Positions 38,607 to 47,912 are shown, counted from the stretch's first letter. The stretch: 64,000 nucleotides of DNA from an uncultured Chloroflexia bacterium (GCA_963833705.1 CAWHYQ010000001.1:499583-563582), one strand, 5' to 3'. A program made the numbers and translations. Notes: generated by a model not told the origin, from the sequence alone.

Positions 38607-40660
38607 GGCGCCCGATCCTCGACATCCAGCCACGCGTCCTCGGCAGCGACCAGCGCGACCTCGATGTCGGCGAGCTCACTGGTCACGCGCCGCAACTCCA
38701 CGAAGTTCGCCTGCACGCCCGGATCGCCCATCGCCAGTTCCAGGTGATTCTTCCGCAACCCCAACCGCGTCAGCTCCCCCTCGACCGCCGCCTTCTGCCG
38801 CCGATACGCCTCCTTCGACAGCTTCTCCCTCCTCTTGCTCTTCAGGCTCGGTGATGGTTGAGGTACGCGACCCGACGAGCCGCCGGGCGCACGCGGACCG
38901 CGACCGTTAGGCGCAGCGCCGGGTGTCGCGGGGAGCGTGCGCCCGGCGGATCGGCGAGTACCGCCACGCAACCTTGCCGCCTCCACCTCCAGTGCACCCT
39001 CGACCGTCCAGCCACCCGCGACCGCCGTGCGCCACGCTCGATATCCCCCATCGAACGGCACGGCGGCCCCGTGATCGACCACCCACAGCTTCTCGCATAC
39101 CGTTTCGAGCAGCCGTCGATCGTGCGAGACCACCAGCAACGTCGCTGGCGACTCCGCCATGAACGCCTCGATCGCCTCGCGAGCCGGGATGTCGAGGTGG
39201 TTCGTGGGTTCGTCGAGCAGCAACAGGTTCGACGGCTGGATCCCCAAGAGGGCGAGTTCGAGCCGAGACCGCTCGCCACCCGATAGCAGGCGGACCTCCT
39301 TGAACGCGTCGTCGCCGCGGAACAGGAAGCGTGCAAGATAGCCGCGGGCCTCACCGGCGGTGACCGGATACGTGTCGGTCAGGGCATCGAGGACCGTCGT
39401 CCCGGCGATCGCCGCGCCGCGCAACTGGGCCAGGTACCCGATCTGGACAGCGTTCCCGAACGTCGTCGTCCCGTCGAGCGGCGGCAGATCACCGGCGATC
39501 GTGCGGAGCAGGGTCGTCTTGCCGGCACCGTTCGGGCCGACGATGCCGATCCGCTCGCCGCGCTGGGCAGCCAGGAACGGGACCCGGGCGACCACCCTAG
39601 GCTCCGACGCGGGCGATCCGTCCGGCGCGACAGCGCCCCGTCCCGGGACGTAGCCGACGGCAAGGTCCTCGAGGCGGACCGCGATCTCGCCCGATCGCGA
39701 CGGTCCGGTGCCGGCCAACGCCGCGGCCGGGATCGCCAGCTTGCGTCCCGCCTTCGGGGCCTCCCGCCGCTCCGCCTCGAGGCGTTCCAGACGCGCCTCG
39801 TGTTCGTGCATCTTGCTGAACTTGCGGTGGCTCCGATAGCGCTGGACGAGCTCGCGTTCGCGCGCGATCGACTCCGCCTGGGTCTCGACGTCCTTGACCG
39901 CCCGGGCGTCACGCTCCACGCGTTGGCGGTGATAGGCGGAATAGTCGCCACGGAACGCGGTCAGGCGTCGGTCGCGCAGCTCCCAGACCCGGGTCACCGT
40001 CGCGTCGAGGAAGGCGCGGTCGTGCGACGCCACCAGGAGCGATCCAGCCCGCCGCCGCAGGTGCTCCTCCAGCCACTCGAGCGCGTCGAGGTCGAGGTGG
40101 TTGGTCGGTTCGTCGAGGAGCAGCAGGTCGGGGTCGGCGATCACGAGTCGAGCCAGCGAGGCCCGGGTCTGCTCGCCACCGGACAGCGCTGACGGTGGCT
40201 TGGCCCACTCGTCGCGCGCGAACCCGAGCCCGGTCAACGCCGTGTCGACCCGCTGGTCCAGCGTGTACCCGCCGAGGACCTCGTACTCGTGCAGCAGTTG
40301 CGCATAGGCGGGCTCGGCCACCCGGCCGTCGCGCTCGAGGGTCGCCAGCGACTCTGCCATCCGGTCCAGGTGCGCGGCACCGGTCCGCACCGCGGCACGC
40401 AGGTCAGGCGAAGCCATGAACGCCTCGTCGAAATGGGCCTCCTGGGCGAGCAGCCCGAGGGTCAGACCGCGCTTCCGGTGCACCTCCCCGCGGTCCGGTT
40501 CGTCACGGCCGGCGGCGAGCCGCAGCAGGGTCGTCTTGCCCGCCCCGTTCGGCCCGACCAGGCCGATCCGGTCGCCCAGCGCGATCGAGGCATCGACCGC
40601 ATCGAGGATGACGAACGTGCCGACCTCGCGCGTCACCCCGGACAGCCGCAGGATGCTCAC
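38603..40660 (-). CDS. ABC-F family ATPase (two ABC domains, no TM domain; Uup/YheS-like)
   Basis: Two sets of Walker A (GPNGAGKTT) and LSGGE signatures, an inter-domain linker and a C-terminal coiled-coil-like tail. The GTG overlaps the mutM stop. Confidence 0.9.
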   Translation of the reverse strand: MSILRLSGVTREVGTFVILDAVDASIALGDRIGLVGPNGAGKTTLLRLAAGRDEPDRGEVHRKRGLTLGLLAQEAHFDEAFMASPDLRAAVRTGAAHLDRMAESLATLERDGRVAEPAYAQLLHEYEVLGGYTLDQRVDTALTGLGFARDEWAKPPSALSGGEQTRASLARLVIADPDLLLLDEPTNHLDLDALEWLEEHLRRRAGSLLVASHDRAFLDATVTRVWELRDRRLTAFRGDYSAYHRQRVERDARAVKDVETQAESIARERELVQRYRSHRKFSKMHEHEARLERLEAERREAPKAGRKLAIPAAALAGTGPSRSGEIAVRLEDLAVGYVPGRGAVAPDGSPASEPRVVARVPFLAAQRGERIGIVGPNGAGKTTLLRTIAGDLPPLDGTTTFGNAVQIGYLAQLRGAAIAGTTVLDALTDTYPVTAGEARGYLARFLFRGDDAFKEVRLLSGGERSRLELALLGIQPSNLLLLDEPTNHLDIPAREAIEAFMAESPATLLVVSHDRRLLETVCEKLWVVDHGAAVPFDGGYRAWRTAVAGGWTVEGALEVEAARLRGGTRRSAGRTLPATPGAAPNGRGPRAPGGSSGRVPQPSPSLKSKRREKLSKEAYRRQKAAVEGELTRLGLRKNHLELAMGDPGVQANFVELRRVTSELADIEVALVAAEDAWLDVEDRAP

Positions 40661-41775
40661 CGCCCCGAACCCGCCGGCCTCGCCGACCCGGCCGACCCGG
40701 CCGACCCGGCCGACCCGGCCGATGCGGACGCCCGCGCATCGGCTCGGCGGGTCGCCGCGGCACGCTTCGTTCGTTCGGTCCTGGCCCGTGACGCGGCGGC
40801 ATCGGCCTCCGCCGGGGTCAGTCCCAGCGTCCCCTCCCCTGCCAGCTCGGTCCAGCGCCCGCCGGCCCGTCGTGGGCCCCCGGTCATCGTCCGCAGGATG
40901 GCCGCGGCGCCCTTACGGTCGCTCGCCGGGAGCCGCTGGCACCACGAGCAGAAGTGGGTCGAGCGAGCGCCGATGACGATCCGCTTGACCGGTCGGCCGC
41001 AGCGTGGACACGGCTCACCGGTGCGCTGGTAGACCTGTAGATGCTCCTGCATCGACCCGTCGCCGTCGGGCGCCGTGTAGTCGTCGATGGAGCTGCCGCG
41101 GCGCTCGACAGCCTCCGCGAGGATGGTCCGGATGGCGTCGTAGAGGTGGCGCTCGTCGGGCGGGTGCAGCGTCGGGGCCGACCGCAGTGGGTGAAGCCGC
41201 GAGGTCCACAGGGCCTCGTCGGCGTAGATGTTGCCGACCCCGGCCAGGAACGATTGATCGAGCAGGAGCGGCTTGAGCCTCCCCTTGCGCCGCCGGAGTC
41301 CACGGCGGAAGTCACGGACCGTGAACGCGGGGTCGAGTGGCTCCGGTCCGATCGAGGCGAAGACGGCGGCCCCATCGACCTCGGAGACGAGCTCGCCGGT
41401 CACCGGATCGCGGCCGTAGAGGCCGATCTTGCCGAACTTGCGGATATCCCGGAAACGCACTTCCCGGCCGTCGGCCAGCTCGAGCACAAGCCGCACGTAT
41501 GGATCCTCGGGCGCGTCGCCGTGGACCACGAACAGCTGGCCGGTCATCTTGAGATGGATCGTCAGGGCGGCGCCATCGGAGAGCTCGATCACGAGCTGCT
41601 TGCCGCGCCGGCCGACCGCCTCGATACGCCGACCGGCCACCGCGGCACTGAACGCCTCCGGTGTGTGCGTCCGCAGCGTCCTGGCCCACGAGCAGCGAGC
41701 GCCGACGATGGTCGCGCCGAGGATGCGCGGCCGGAGGTCGCGCGCGACCGTCTCGACCTCGGGAAGTTCGGGCAT
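40657..41775 (-). CDS. mutM: formamidopyrimidine-DNA glycosylase (Fpg/MutM) with a roughly 90-aa C-terminal extension
   Basis: MPELPEVETV N-terminus, H2TH region and zinc finger CPRCGRPVKRIVIGARSTHFCSWCQ, followed by an extra basic Ala-rich tail. Confidence 0.9.
   Translation of the reverse strand: MPELPEVETVARDLRPRILGATIVGARCSWARTLRTHTPEAFSAAVAGRRIEAVGRRGKQLVIELSDGAALTIHLKMTGQLFVVHGDAPEDPYVRLVLELADGREVRFRDIRKFGKIGLYGRDPVTGELVSEVDGAAVFASIGPEPLDPAFTVRDFRRGLRRRKGRLKPLLLDQSFLAGVGNIYADEALWTSRLHPLRSAPTLHPPDERHLYDAIRTILAEAVERRGSSIDDYTAPDGDGSMQEHLQVYQRTGEPCPRCGRPVKRIVIGARSTHFCSWCQRLPASDRKGAAAILRTMTGGPRRAGGRWTELAGEGTLGLTPAEADAAASRARTERTKRAAATRRADARASASAGSAGSAGSAGSARPAGSGR
40682..40717 (-). repeat. 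9-bp tandem repeat (GCCGACCCG x4, plus degenerate flanking copies) encoding (GSA)n in the MutM tail
   Basis: Read directly: cgccgacccg gccgacccgg ccgacccggc cgacccggcc gatg. Confidence 0.85.
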
Positions 41776-41784
41776 CCGACGACT

Positions 41785-44754
41785 TCAGCCGAGCGAGGAC
41801 GCGAGCGGCGTCTCGAACTCGGGTGCCTCGTCCGCCTCGATGGCGATCGCGTCGGCCCGCGTCAACGGCGTCATCGACTCCCAGTCATCGCCGACCTTGA
41901 CGTCGACGGTCAGCGGCACGTCCAGCGGCAGCGCCGATTCCATGGTCTCGCGCAGGACCGGGACGAGCGGCTCGACCTCGTCGCGCGGCACTTCCAGGAG
42001 CAGCTCGTCGTGGACCTGGAGCAGCGGTCGCGCCCGGAACCCGCCGGTCCGTAGGCGCTCGTCCAGCCGGATCATCGCGATCTTGACGATGTCGGCGGCG
42101 GTCCCCTGGATGGGCATGTTGATGGCCATCCGCTCGCCCGCGGCGCGGAGGGTCGGATTGCGGGCGGCCAGCTCGGGGATCGAGCGCTTCCGTCCGAGGA
42201 GGGTCGTGACGTATCCCTGCGATCGTGCCTGCTCCTTGATCGCGAGCATGTAGTAGCTGATCCCCGAATACGTGGCGAAGTAGGTGTTGATGAACTGCTG
42301 GGCCTCGGCGCGCGGGATGTTGGCACGCTCCGAGAGTCCGAAATCGCTGAGGCCGTAGGCGATGCCGAAGTTGACCATCTTCGCCATCGACCGCTCGCCG
42401 AGGGTCACGTCCGCCGGGTCCTTGTGGAGGACACGGGCCGCGGTCTCGCGATGGAGGTCGGCGCCTCGCGCGAACGCGTCTCGGAGGTGCTCGTCACCCG
42501 ACACGTGCGCGAGGATGCGCAGCTCGATCTGGCTGTAGTCGGCGGCGACCAGGGTCAGGCCAGGGTCGCCGGCCACGAAGGCGCGCCGGATCCGCCGGCC
42601 GAGGGGCGTCCTGATCGGGATGTTCTGGAGGTTCGGATCCGACGATGACAGGCGCCCGGTCGCGGCCACGGCCTGGTGGAACGTCGTGTGGAGGCGGCCG
42701 TCGTCGGCGAGCAGCGTCGGCAGGGCGTCGACGTAGGTCGAGCGGAGCTTCGTGTAGATCCGCCATTCGAGCAGCTTGTCGATCATCGGGTGGGCCGGCC
42801 GAAGGTCCTCGAGCACCGACGCGTCGGTCGAGTAGCCGGTCTTCGTCCGCTTGCCCTTGGGCAGGTTGAGCTCGAAGAACAGGATCTGCTCGAGTTGCTT
42901 CGGGCTGCCGAGGTTGAACTCGTGACCGACATCGACGTAGATCTCGGCCTCGAGCCGGGAGACCTCCGCCCCGAACTCCGTCGCGAGGACGCCGAGGGCT
43001 TGGCGGTCGAGCGCGACCCCGGTCGCCTCCATCCGCGCGAGGACGGAGATGAGCGGCAACTCGATCTCGGCGTACAGGCGGTCGAGACCGTCCTCACCGA
43101 GACGGCGCTCCAGCGGTTCGCGGACGGAGAGCGCGGACAGCGCCTCCAGACCGGCGCGCGCGGCGTTGTCGAGCTCGGCGACCGGCGGCAGGATGAGGTC
43201 GAGCTGTTCGGCCACGACATCGGCGATCGTCTGGCTGCGAAGCGACGCGTTGAGGACGTATGCCGCGATCTGTGTGTCGAACGCGACGCGCGTCGGCGAC
43301 GCGTCGGGATCGTCCGCGATGCGGGCGACCAGTAGCGGCTTGACCTCATGACCGACGACCGGGACATCGAGCCGATCCAGCAGGCGACGGAGCGCGGCGG
43401 AATCGTCCGGTCCCTCCACCGCGACCGTTCGCCCGTCCGAACCGGCGAGAGCGAGCGCGAGCGGCGCCCCGCGACGTGGGCGCGGGTCGTCGAGCAGCAA
43501 CCCGACACCGACGGCCGGTTGCGCCGCGAGCCACGGTTCGAGCCCGGCGATCCGTTCGCCGGAGTGGACTTCGATCCGCGACGGGTCGGCGATCGCTGCG
43601 GCCAGGGCCGCCGGCAGGTCCTCCGGCTCGGGAGGCACCGCCCGTTCCGCCGCGCCGACGTCGCGTTCGATATCTAGCCCATCGAGGCCGCCGGGTGACG
43701 CCGGTCGGGTGACAGCATCGAAGTCGAGTGACAGCTGGAGTCCGCCGCCCTCCGTCGGCGGTCGGTTCGGGCGGGGCGCGCCCCAGCCGGACGGTCGGCC
43801 GGCGCCGGCGACCCGTGCCGCCGGGACCGAGCCATCGGTCGCCACACCGCGCAGGGTCTCGGCCGCGTCGCCGGCCGTCTCACCGGTCATCGCCGGCAGG
43901 CGTTCGATGAGCGAGCGGAACTCGTATTCGCGGAAGAGGCGGATCACGGTCTCGCGGTCGTAGTCGCCCAGCCGTGCCGCGTCAAGGTCGAGCTCGACCG
44001 GAAGGTCGCGCACGATCGTCGAGAGGTCCTTGCCCATGAACACCTGCTCGCGGTGCTCCACGAGCTTGTCGCGCAGCTTGTCCGGCTTCACCTCGTCGAT
44101 CCGCTCGTACAACGCATCGAGCGTCCCGTACTCGCGGATCAGCTTGGCGGCGGTCTTCTCGCCGACCCCGGGCACGCCCGGGATGTTGTCGGTCGGGTCG
44201 CCCTTGAGCGCCTTGTAGTCGATCATCTGGCCGGCGACCAGGCCGAACCGCTCATCGATCCTGGCGGGGTCGTAGAGGATGGTGTTCTCGACGCCCGATC
44301 GCGTCGTCATGAGCCGTGTCCGGTCGGTCACCAGCTGGAGCATGTCGAGGTCCCCGGTCACGATCGTGGTGTCGAGGTCGCGCCGCTCGGCCTCGACGGT
44401 CAGCGTCCCGATGACGTCGTCGGCCTCATAGCCGGCCAGTTCGTAGACGGGGATGCGCAGGGCTTTGACGACCTCGCGGACCTTCGGGAACTGATCCCGC
44501 AGGTCGTCCGGCATGCGCTGCCGCGTGGCCTTGTACTCCGCGTACTGCTCGTGCCGGAAGGTCGGCCCCTGCAGGTCGAACGCGACCGCCACGTAGTCCG
44601 GGTGAAGGTCCTGGATCCCGCGAAGGACGATGCTGCAGAACCCGAAGACCGCGTTGACGAGCTCGCCCTTCGACGTCGTGAGGGGCGGGAGCGCGAAATA
44701 TCCGCGGTAGATGAGCCCGTTGCCGTCGAGCAGCATCAGGCGTTCGCTGGGCAC
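41785..44754 (-). CDS. polA: DNA polymerase I
   Basis: 5' nuclease domain (LLDGNGLIYRGYFA), 3'-5' exo-like region, and polymerase motifs (DYSQIELR, RRxAKxxNFGxxYG equivalent SMAKMVNFGIAYG, QVHDELL). The start is GTG. Confidence 0.95.
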   Translation of the reverse strand: MPSERLMLLDGNGLIYRGYFALPPLTTSKGELVNAVFGFCSIVLRGIQDLHPDYVAVAFDLQGPTFRHEQYAEYKATRQRMPDDLRDQFPKVREVVKALRIPVYELAGYEADDVIGTLTVEAERRDLDTTIVTGDLDMLQLVTDRTRLMTTRSGVENTILYDPARIDERFGLVAGQMIDYKALKGDPTDNIPGVPGVGEKTAAKLIREYGTLDALYERIDEVKPDKLRDKLVEHREQVFMGKDLSTIVRDLPVELDLDAARLGDYDRETVIRLFREYEFRSLIERLPAMTGETAGDAAETLRGVATDGSVPAARVAGAGRPSGWGAPRPNRPPTEGGGLQLSLDFDAVTRPASPGGLDGLDIERDVGAAERAVPPEPEDLPAALAAAIADPSRIEVHSGERIAGLEPWLAAQPAVGVGLLLDDPRPRRGAPLALALAGSDGRTVAVEGPDDSAALRRLLDRLDVPVVGHEVKPLLVARIADDPDASPTRVAFDTQIAAYVLNASLRSQTIADVVAEQLDLILPPVAELDNAARAGLEALSALSVREPLERRLGEDGLDRLYAEIELPLISVLARMEATGVALDRQALGVLATEFGAEVSRLEAEIYVDVGHEFNLGSPKQLEQILFFELNLPKGKRTKTGYSTDASVLEDLRPAHPMIDKLLEWRIYTKLRSTYVDALPTLLADDGRLHTTFHQAVAATGRLSSSDPNLQNIPIRTPLGRRIRRAFVAGDPGLTLVAADYSQIELRILAHVSGDEHLRDAFARGADLHRETAARVLHKDPADVTLGERSMAKMVNFGIAYGLSDFGLSERANIPRAEAQQFINTYFATYSGISYYMLAIKEQARSQGYVTTLLGRKRSIPELAARNPTLRAAGERMAINMPIQGTAADIVKIAMIRLDERLRTGGFRARPLLQVHDELLLEVPRDEVEPLVPVLRETMESALPLDVPLTVDVKVGDDWESMTPLTRADAIAIEADEAPEFETPLASSLG

Positions 44755-44760
44755 GGATCA

Positions 44761-44766
44761 AGTGTA
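44761..44766 (-). promoter_or_regulatory. -10-like TACACT, 6 nt upstream of the polA GTG (leaderless-type)
   Basis: The minus strand reads ggcTACACTtgatccGTGccc. Confidence 0.4.
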
Positions 44767-44848
44767 GCCGCCGACCTCCGTGTCGCGGCCCGGGCCGACC
44801 CGGCCCGTCCGTGCCGGGATCGCCGGCGTGTCCGTCGGCTCGTGACGC

Positions 44849-46009
44849 CTACCCGATCCCTCGACGGTCACCGAAACGCCGAGCCGCCCAGCGGACGGCT
44901 CCCAACCCGAGCCCGAGCAGGAGCAGGAAGCCGGAGAGGAGCGCGAGTGGCGAGGGACGTCCAGCATCCTGCCCGGTCTTGGCCGACGACGACTCGAGAC
45001 CCGTCAGCCCGTCGTTGACCTGACTGCCGGTGTTCCCGGTCGCGCGCTCGGCGGGATTGTCGTTCTCGCCGCTGCCCGAATAGACGTCCTCGGGGCTCGG
45101 TCGCGCTGCGACGCCATAGCCGCCACCCGAGTCGACCGCCGGTTGCTTCACGGGGGTCGGCGCGGATGCGAGGGGTACCAACGGACCGGCGGCGTCGACG
45201 GAACCGCGGTCTGGCAGGGCCACCGGCGACGCGGCCGGCGCTGCCGCGGCGACCGCGGCGGACGATGCGGCGCTTGGCCCGGGCACGACGCCCTGTCCAC
45301 CGGCCGGCGGGGCACCGATGGCATTGCCGGTCGTCGAGAGGACCGTCGTCGGACTCCCGACCATGCTCGGCAGTGTCGCGAGGAGCAGGCCCGCGAGACC
45401 AAGCGTCGTGAGTCCCGCGGCAAGCGGTCTGCTGAGCGTGTCCCGAGACGTCCCGAACGCGGCGATGAACCGGCGCCACGGATTCGGTCGGAGGCGCGCC
45501 GCGTCCGCGGGCGTCAGCGCGTACTCGCGCGGCCGGACCGGGGTCGGCAGGTCGCGGGTGGCCGCGCTGATCGCCACGAGGTCGGCGTGGAGTCGCGCGC
45601 ACAGACTGCACGTGTCGATGAGACGCTCGGCGGCGACGCGGTCCGGACCCGCCAGCGCGCGGTCAGCGAGTGCCGCGACGAGCAGCGTGTCATGGGTGGC
45701 GTGCTCCTGAGTCCCGTTCATCACCCCCGTCAGACGAGCCCCGCTCGCACCCGGTTCCCCGGCGGCCTCCGCCGTCAACCTCGTGGCATCGGCCACCGTG
45801 ATGCGGAAGTCGCGCGGTCGGGCCGGTGTCGGCATGGCGCGGGTCGCGCTCGACAGGGCGACGAGATCGGCATGGAGGTCGGCACAGGTGGTGCAATCGG
45901 CCACCTGGGCCTCGGCTGCGATGCGGTCGGGTGGGGCCAGATCGCCGTCGAGCAGCGCGGCCACCAGCAGCGGATCGTGGTCGTCGTGGGGATCGCGCCG
46001 ATCAGCCAC
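44849..46009 (-). CDS. membrane anti-sigma factor with two tandem zf-HC2-like N-terminal modules
   Basis: It overlaps the ECF sigma gene by 8 nt. It has two HD.LLVAAL...C..C..LHADLVA.S.ATR..PTP.RPR modules, then a TM segment (LTTLGLAGLLLATL) and a Pro/Ala/Gly-rich extracytoplasmic part. Confidence 0.7.
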   Translation of the reverse strand: MADRRDPHDDHDPLLVAALLDGDLAPPDRIAAEAQVADCTTCADLHADLVALSSATRAMPTPARPRDFRITVADATRLTAEAAGEPGASGARLTGVMNGTQEHATHDTLLVAALADRALAGPDRVAAERLIDTCSLCARLHADLVAISAATRDLPTPVRPREYALTPADAARLRPNPWRRFIAAFGTSRDTLSRPLAAGLTTLGLAGLLLATLPSMVGSPTTVLSTTGNAIGAPPAGGQGVVPGPSAASSAAVAAAAPAASPVALPDRGSVDAAGPLVPLASAPTPVKQPAVDSGGGYGVAARPSPEDVYSGSGENDNPAERATGNTGSQVNDGLTGLESSSAKTGQDAGRPSPLALLSGFLLLLGLGLGAVRWAARRFGDRRGIG

Positions 46010-46610
46010 GGAACAACTCCATCCGGTCCTCGAGCAGGGCGCGGAGCGCCAGGCGCCCTCGGTGGATCCGCGACTTGACGGTCCCCAGGGACACGCCGGT
46101 CATGTCCGCGATCTCCGCGTAGTCGTAGCCCTCGATGTCGTAGAGGACGATGGCCGAGCGCTGGTCGTCGGTGATGAGGGCCAGGGCGTTGGCAAGGGCC
46201 CGCGAGCGCTCCGCGTGGACGGCCGTGCGCTCCGGGTCGGCGTCGGCGCCCGCGGGCGGCTGCCAGCTCTCGTCGTCGAGCTCGGGGTACGGCTGGACCG
46301 GGCGCCGCCGACGCGCGCGCTGGGTGTCCATCGCGGCGTTGACGCAGATCCGGTTCAGCCACGACTTGACGCTGCCGCCACGGAACGAGGTCAGGTTGCG
46401 GAACGCCGAGAAGAACGCCTCCTGGACGCAATCGGACGCCTGGTCGCGATCGGGGACCATGCGCACGACGAGCGCGAACAACTGGTCCTGGTACAGCGTG
46501 ACGAGGTCGTTGAATGCATCGAGGTCGCCGTCCCGGGCTCGCTCGAGCAGGATGAGGTCGCGGCGCTGGACGGGGTCGTCGGGGACCGTCGTCGAGCGAA
46601 GGTCCTCCAC
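46002..46610 (-). CDS. ECF-type RNA polymerase sigma-70 factor
   Basis: Region 2 (DLDAFNDLVTLYQDQLFALVVRMV) and region 4 (YDYAEIADMTGVSLGTVKSRIHRGRLAL). I prefer the GTG at 46610, which lies 10 nt downstream of SD GGAGGGA. The track ATG at 46661 lies inside a TGCTAGACT promoter-like element. Confidence 0.8.
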   Translation of the reverse strand: MEDLRSTTVPDDPVQRRDLILLERARDGDLDAFNDLVTLYQDQLFALVVRMVPDRDQASDCVQEAFFSAFRNLTSFRGGSVKSWLNRICVNAAMDTQRARRRRPVQPYPELDDESWQPPAGADADPERTAVHAERSRALANALALITDDQRSAIVLYDIEGYDYAEIADMTGVSLGTVKSRIHRGRLALRALLEDRMELFRG

Positions 46611-46651
46611 GGTCGGGGGATCCCTCCGGACGGCGATTTTGAGGCTGGGCG

Positions 46652-46657
46652 AGTCTA
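46652..46657 (-). promoter_or_regulatory. -10-like TGCTAGACT upstream of the ECF sigma gene
   Basis: The minus strand reads cgaTGCTAGACTcgcc, about 40 nt upstream of the preferred GTG start. Confidence 0.4.
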
Positions 46658-46742
46658 GCATCGGTTCCGGCCGAAGACGCCGCTGGCGTCGACCCGGTTC
46701 CGATGCCGGTTCGTGCCCGTCAGGTCGACGGGCGACGATGCC

Positions 46743-47195
46743 TCACCCCGGTGGCGGTGGCATGACCCCCATCTGGACCAGCAGACCGACCATGTCGAGG
46801 TTGAGCCAGCCCTCGGTAATCCTCCCGTCCCGGACGCGGAACATGCGGGTGGCCGTCCAGTGCATGGCCCGACCGGTCGGCGGGATCCCCATGAACGGCC
46901 CGGAGTTGGTGCCGTCGATCACCCCACGAGCGACGACGAGGTCGTCCTCGGCTACGGCGTCCTCGAGGGTGAACTTGATATCCGGGAACGTGGCCGCCCA
47001 GACCTGATACGACATCGCGAGTCCAGCAGCGCCCGGTGGCTGCCCGGGGATGGGATCGTGCTCGACGTAGTCGGGGGCGACCAGGCCCTCGAAGGCGCCG
47101 TAGTCCCCGGCATTCGCGACATCGATGAAGCGCCGAATGACGGCGTGATTGGCCTGGAGTCGTTCCGCGTCAGATACGGTCGTGGATCCTGTCAT
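46743..47195 (-). CDS. SnoaL-like / predicted ester cyclase family protein
   Basis: 150 aa. N..VIRRFIDVANAGDY.....V.PDYVEH...PG and ...GVIDGTNSGPFMGIPPTGRAMHWTATRMFRVRDGRITEGW are typical of the ester cyclase (NTF2-like) family. SD GAGGA lies upstream. Confidence 0.7.
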   Translation of the reverse strand: MTGSTTVSDAERLQANHAVIRRFIDVANAGDYGAFEGLVAPDYVEHDPIPGQPPGAAGLAMSYQVWAATFPDIKFTLEDAVAEDDLVVARGVIDGTNSGPFMGIPPTGRAMHWTATRMFRVRDGRITEGWLNLDMVGLLVQMGVMPPPPG

Positions 47196-47241
47196 CGTCG
47201 TGTCCTCGGTGGTCTGCGGTTGGGAGCGGGTCGACCGGGCG

Positions 47242-47700
47242 TCAGCGCGGGGGTCCACCGAACGGTGGGACGACACCCATCTGCTGGAGCATCCCGAACG
47301 CATCGAAGTCCTGCCACCGCTCGATGACCATCCCGTCATCGTCGAGCCGATAGATGATGATCCCGCTCCACGACACTTTCCTGCCGGTCGGCGGGATGCC
47401 CATGAACGATCCCGAGTGGGTCCCCGTGATCGTGCCGCGCGATGCGACGCGGTCGCCCTCGGCGACGACGAAGTCCTCGCTGACATGCCAGTCGGGCATC
47501 GCCGCATAGAACGGGTCGAGCGAGTCGACGAGGGCCTTCGGTCCGACGATGTCGCCAGATGCACCCCCGTGGTTGACGAATCCCGGATGGACGATCTCGT
47601 AGAACTCGTCGCGCTGCTTCGCGTTCACCGCCCGGTAGAAGCGGTGGATGACCTCGCGGTTGCGCTGGACGCGATCGACCGACGCCTGATCGGTGGCCAT
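47242..47700 (-). CDS. SnoaL-like / predicted ester cyclase family protein (paralog of 46743-47195)
   Basis: 152 aa. NREVIHRFYRAVN...GTITGTHSGSFMGIPPTGRKVSWSGIIIYRLDDDGMVIERW. SD GAGGGGG lies upstream. Confidence 0.7.
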   Translation of the reverse strand: MATDQASVDRVQRNREVIHRFYRAVNAKQRDEFYEIVHPGFVNHGGASGDIVGPKALVDSLDPFYAAMPDWHVSEDFVVAEGDRVASRGTITGTHSGSFMGIPPTGRKVSWSGIIIYRLDDDGMVIERWQDFDAFGMLQQMGVVPPFGGPPR

Positions 47701-47912
47701 GGCAGCCCCCTCGCTGGTCGGGGGTCGCCAGATCGGTCGACGTTCACCCCCGTTCGGGCCGATTGTGTCGCATCGAGGGGGTGGTCGCACAGACGGCCTG
47801 TAACGATACGGCGTCGCGAACGTGATACCCGACGCGTAGAGTGAGGCGCGCTCATACGCCGCCGACGGCATGGTCGTCGCCCGCGGACCCGACGCCTGTT
47901 CGAGGTGGAGCG

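Noticed and set aside
40682-40726. Short tandem repeats considered as a possible CRISPR or minisatellite locus.
   Set aside because: The unit is only 9 bp, there are no spacers, and the repeat lies in frame inside the mutM tail. It is a coding microsatellite, not a CRISPR array.
46611-46661. ATG at 46661 as the ECF sigma factor start (track ORF).
   Set aside because: This ATG is embedded in the TGCTAGACT -10-like element that is also seen at uvrB and lemA. A GTG at 46610 with a well-spaced GGAGGGA SD removes 17 non-conserved residues. The uncertainty remains, so both coordinates are noted.
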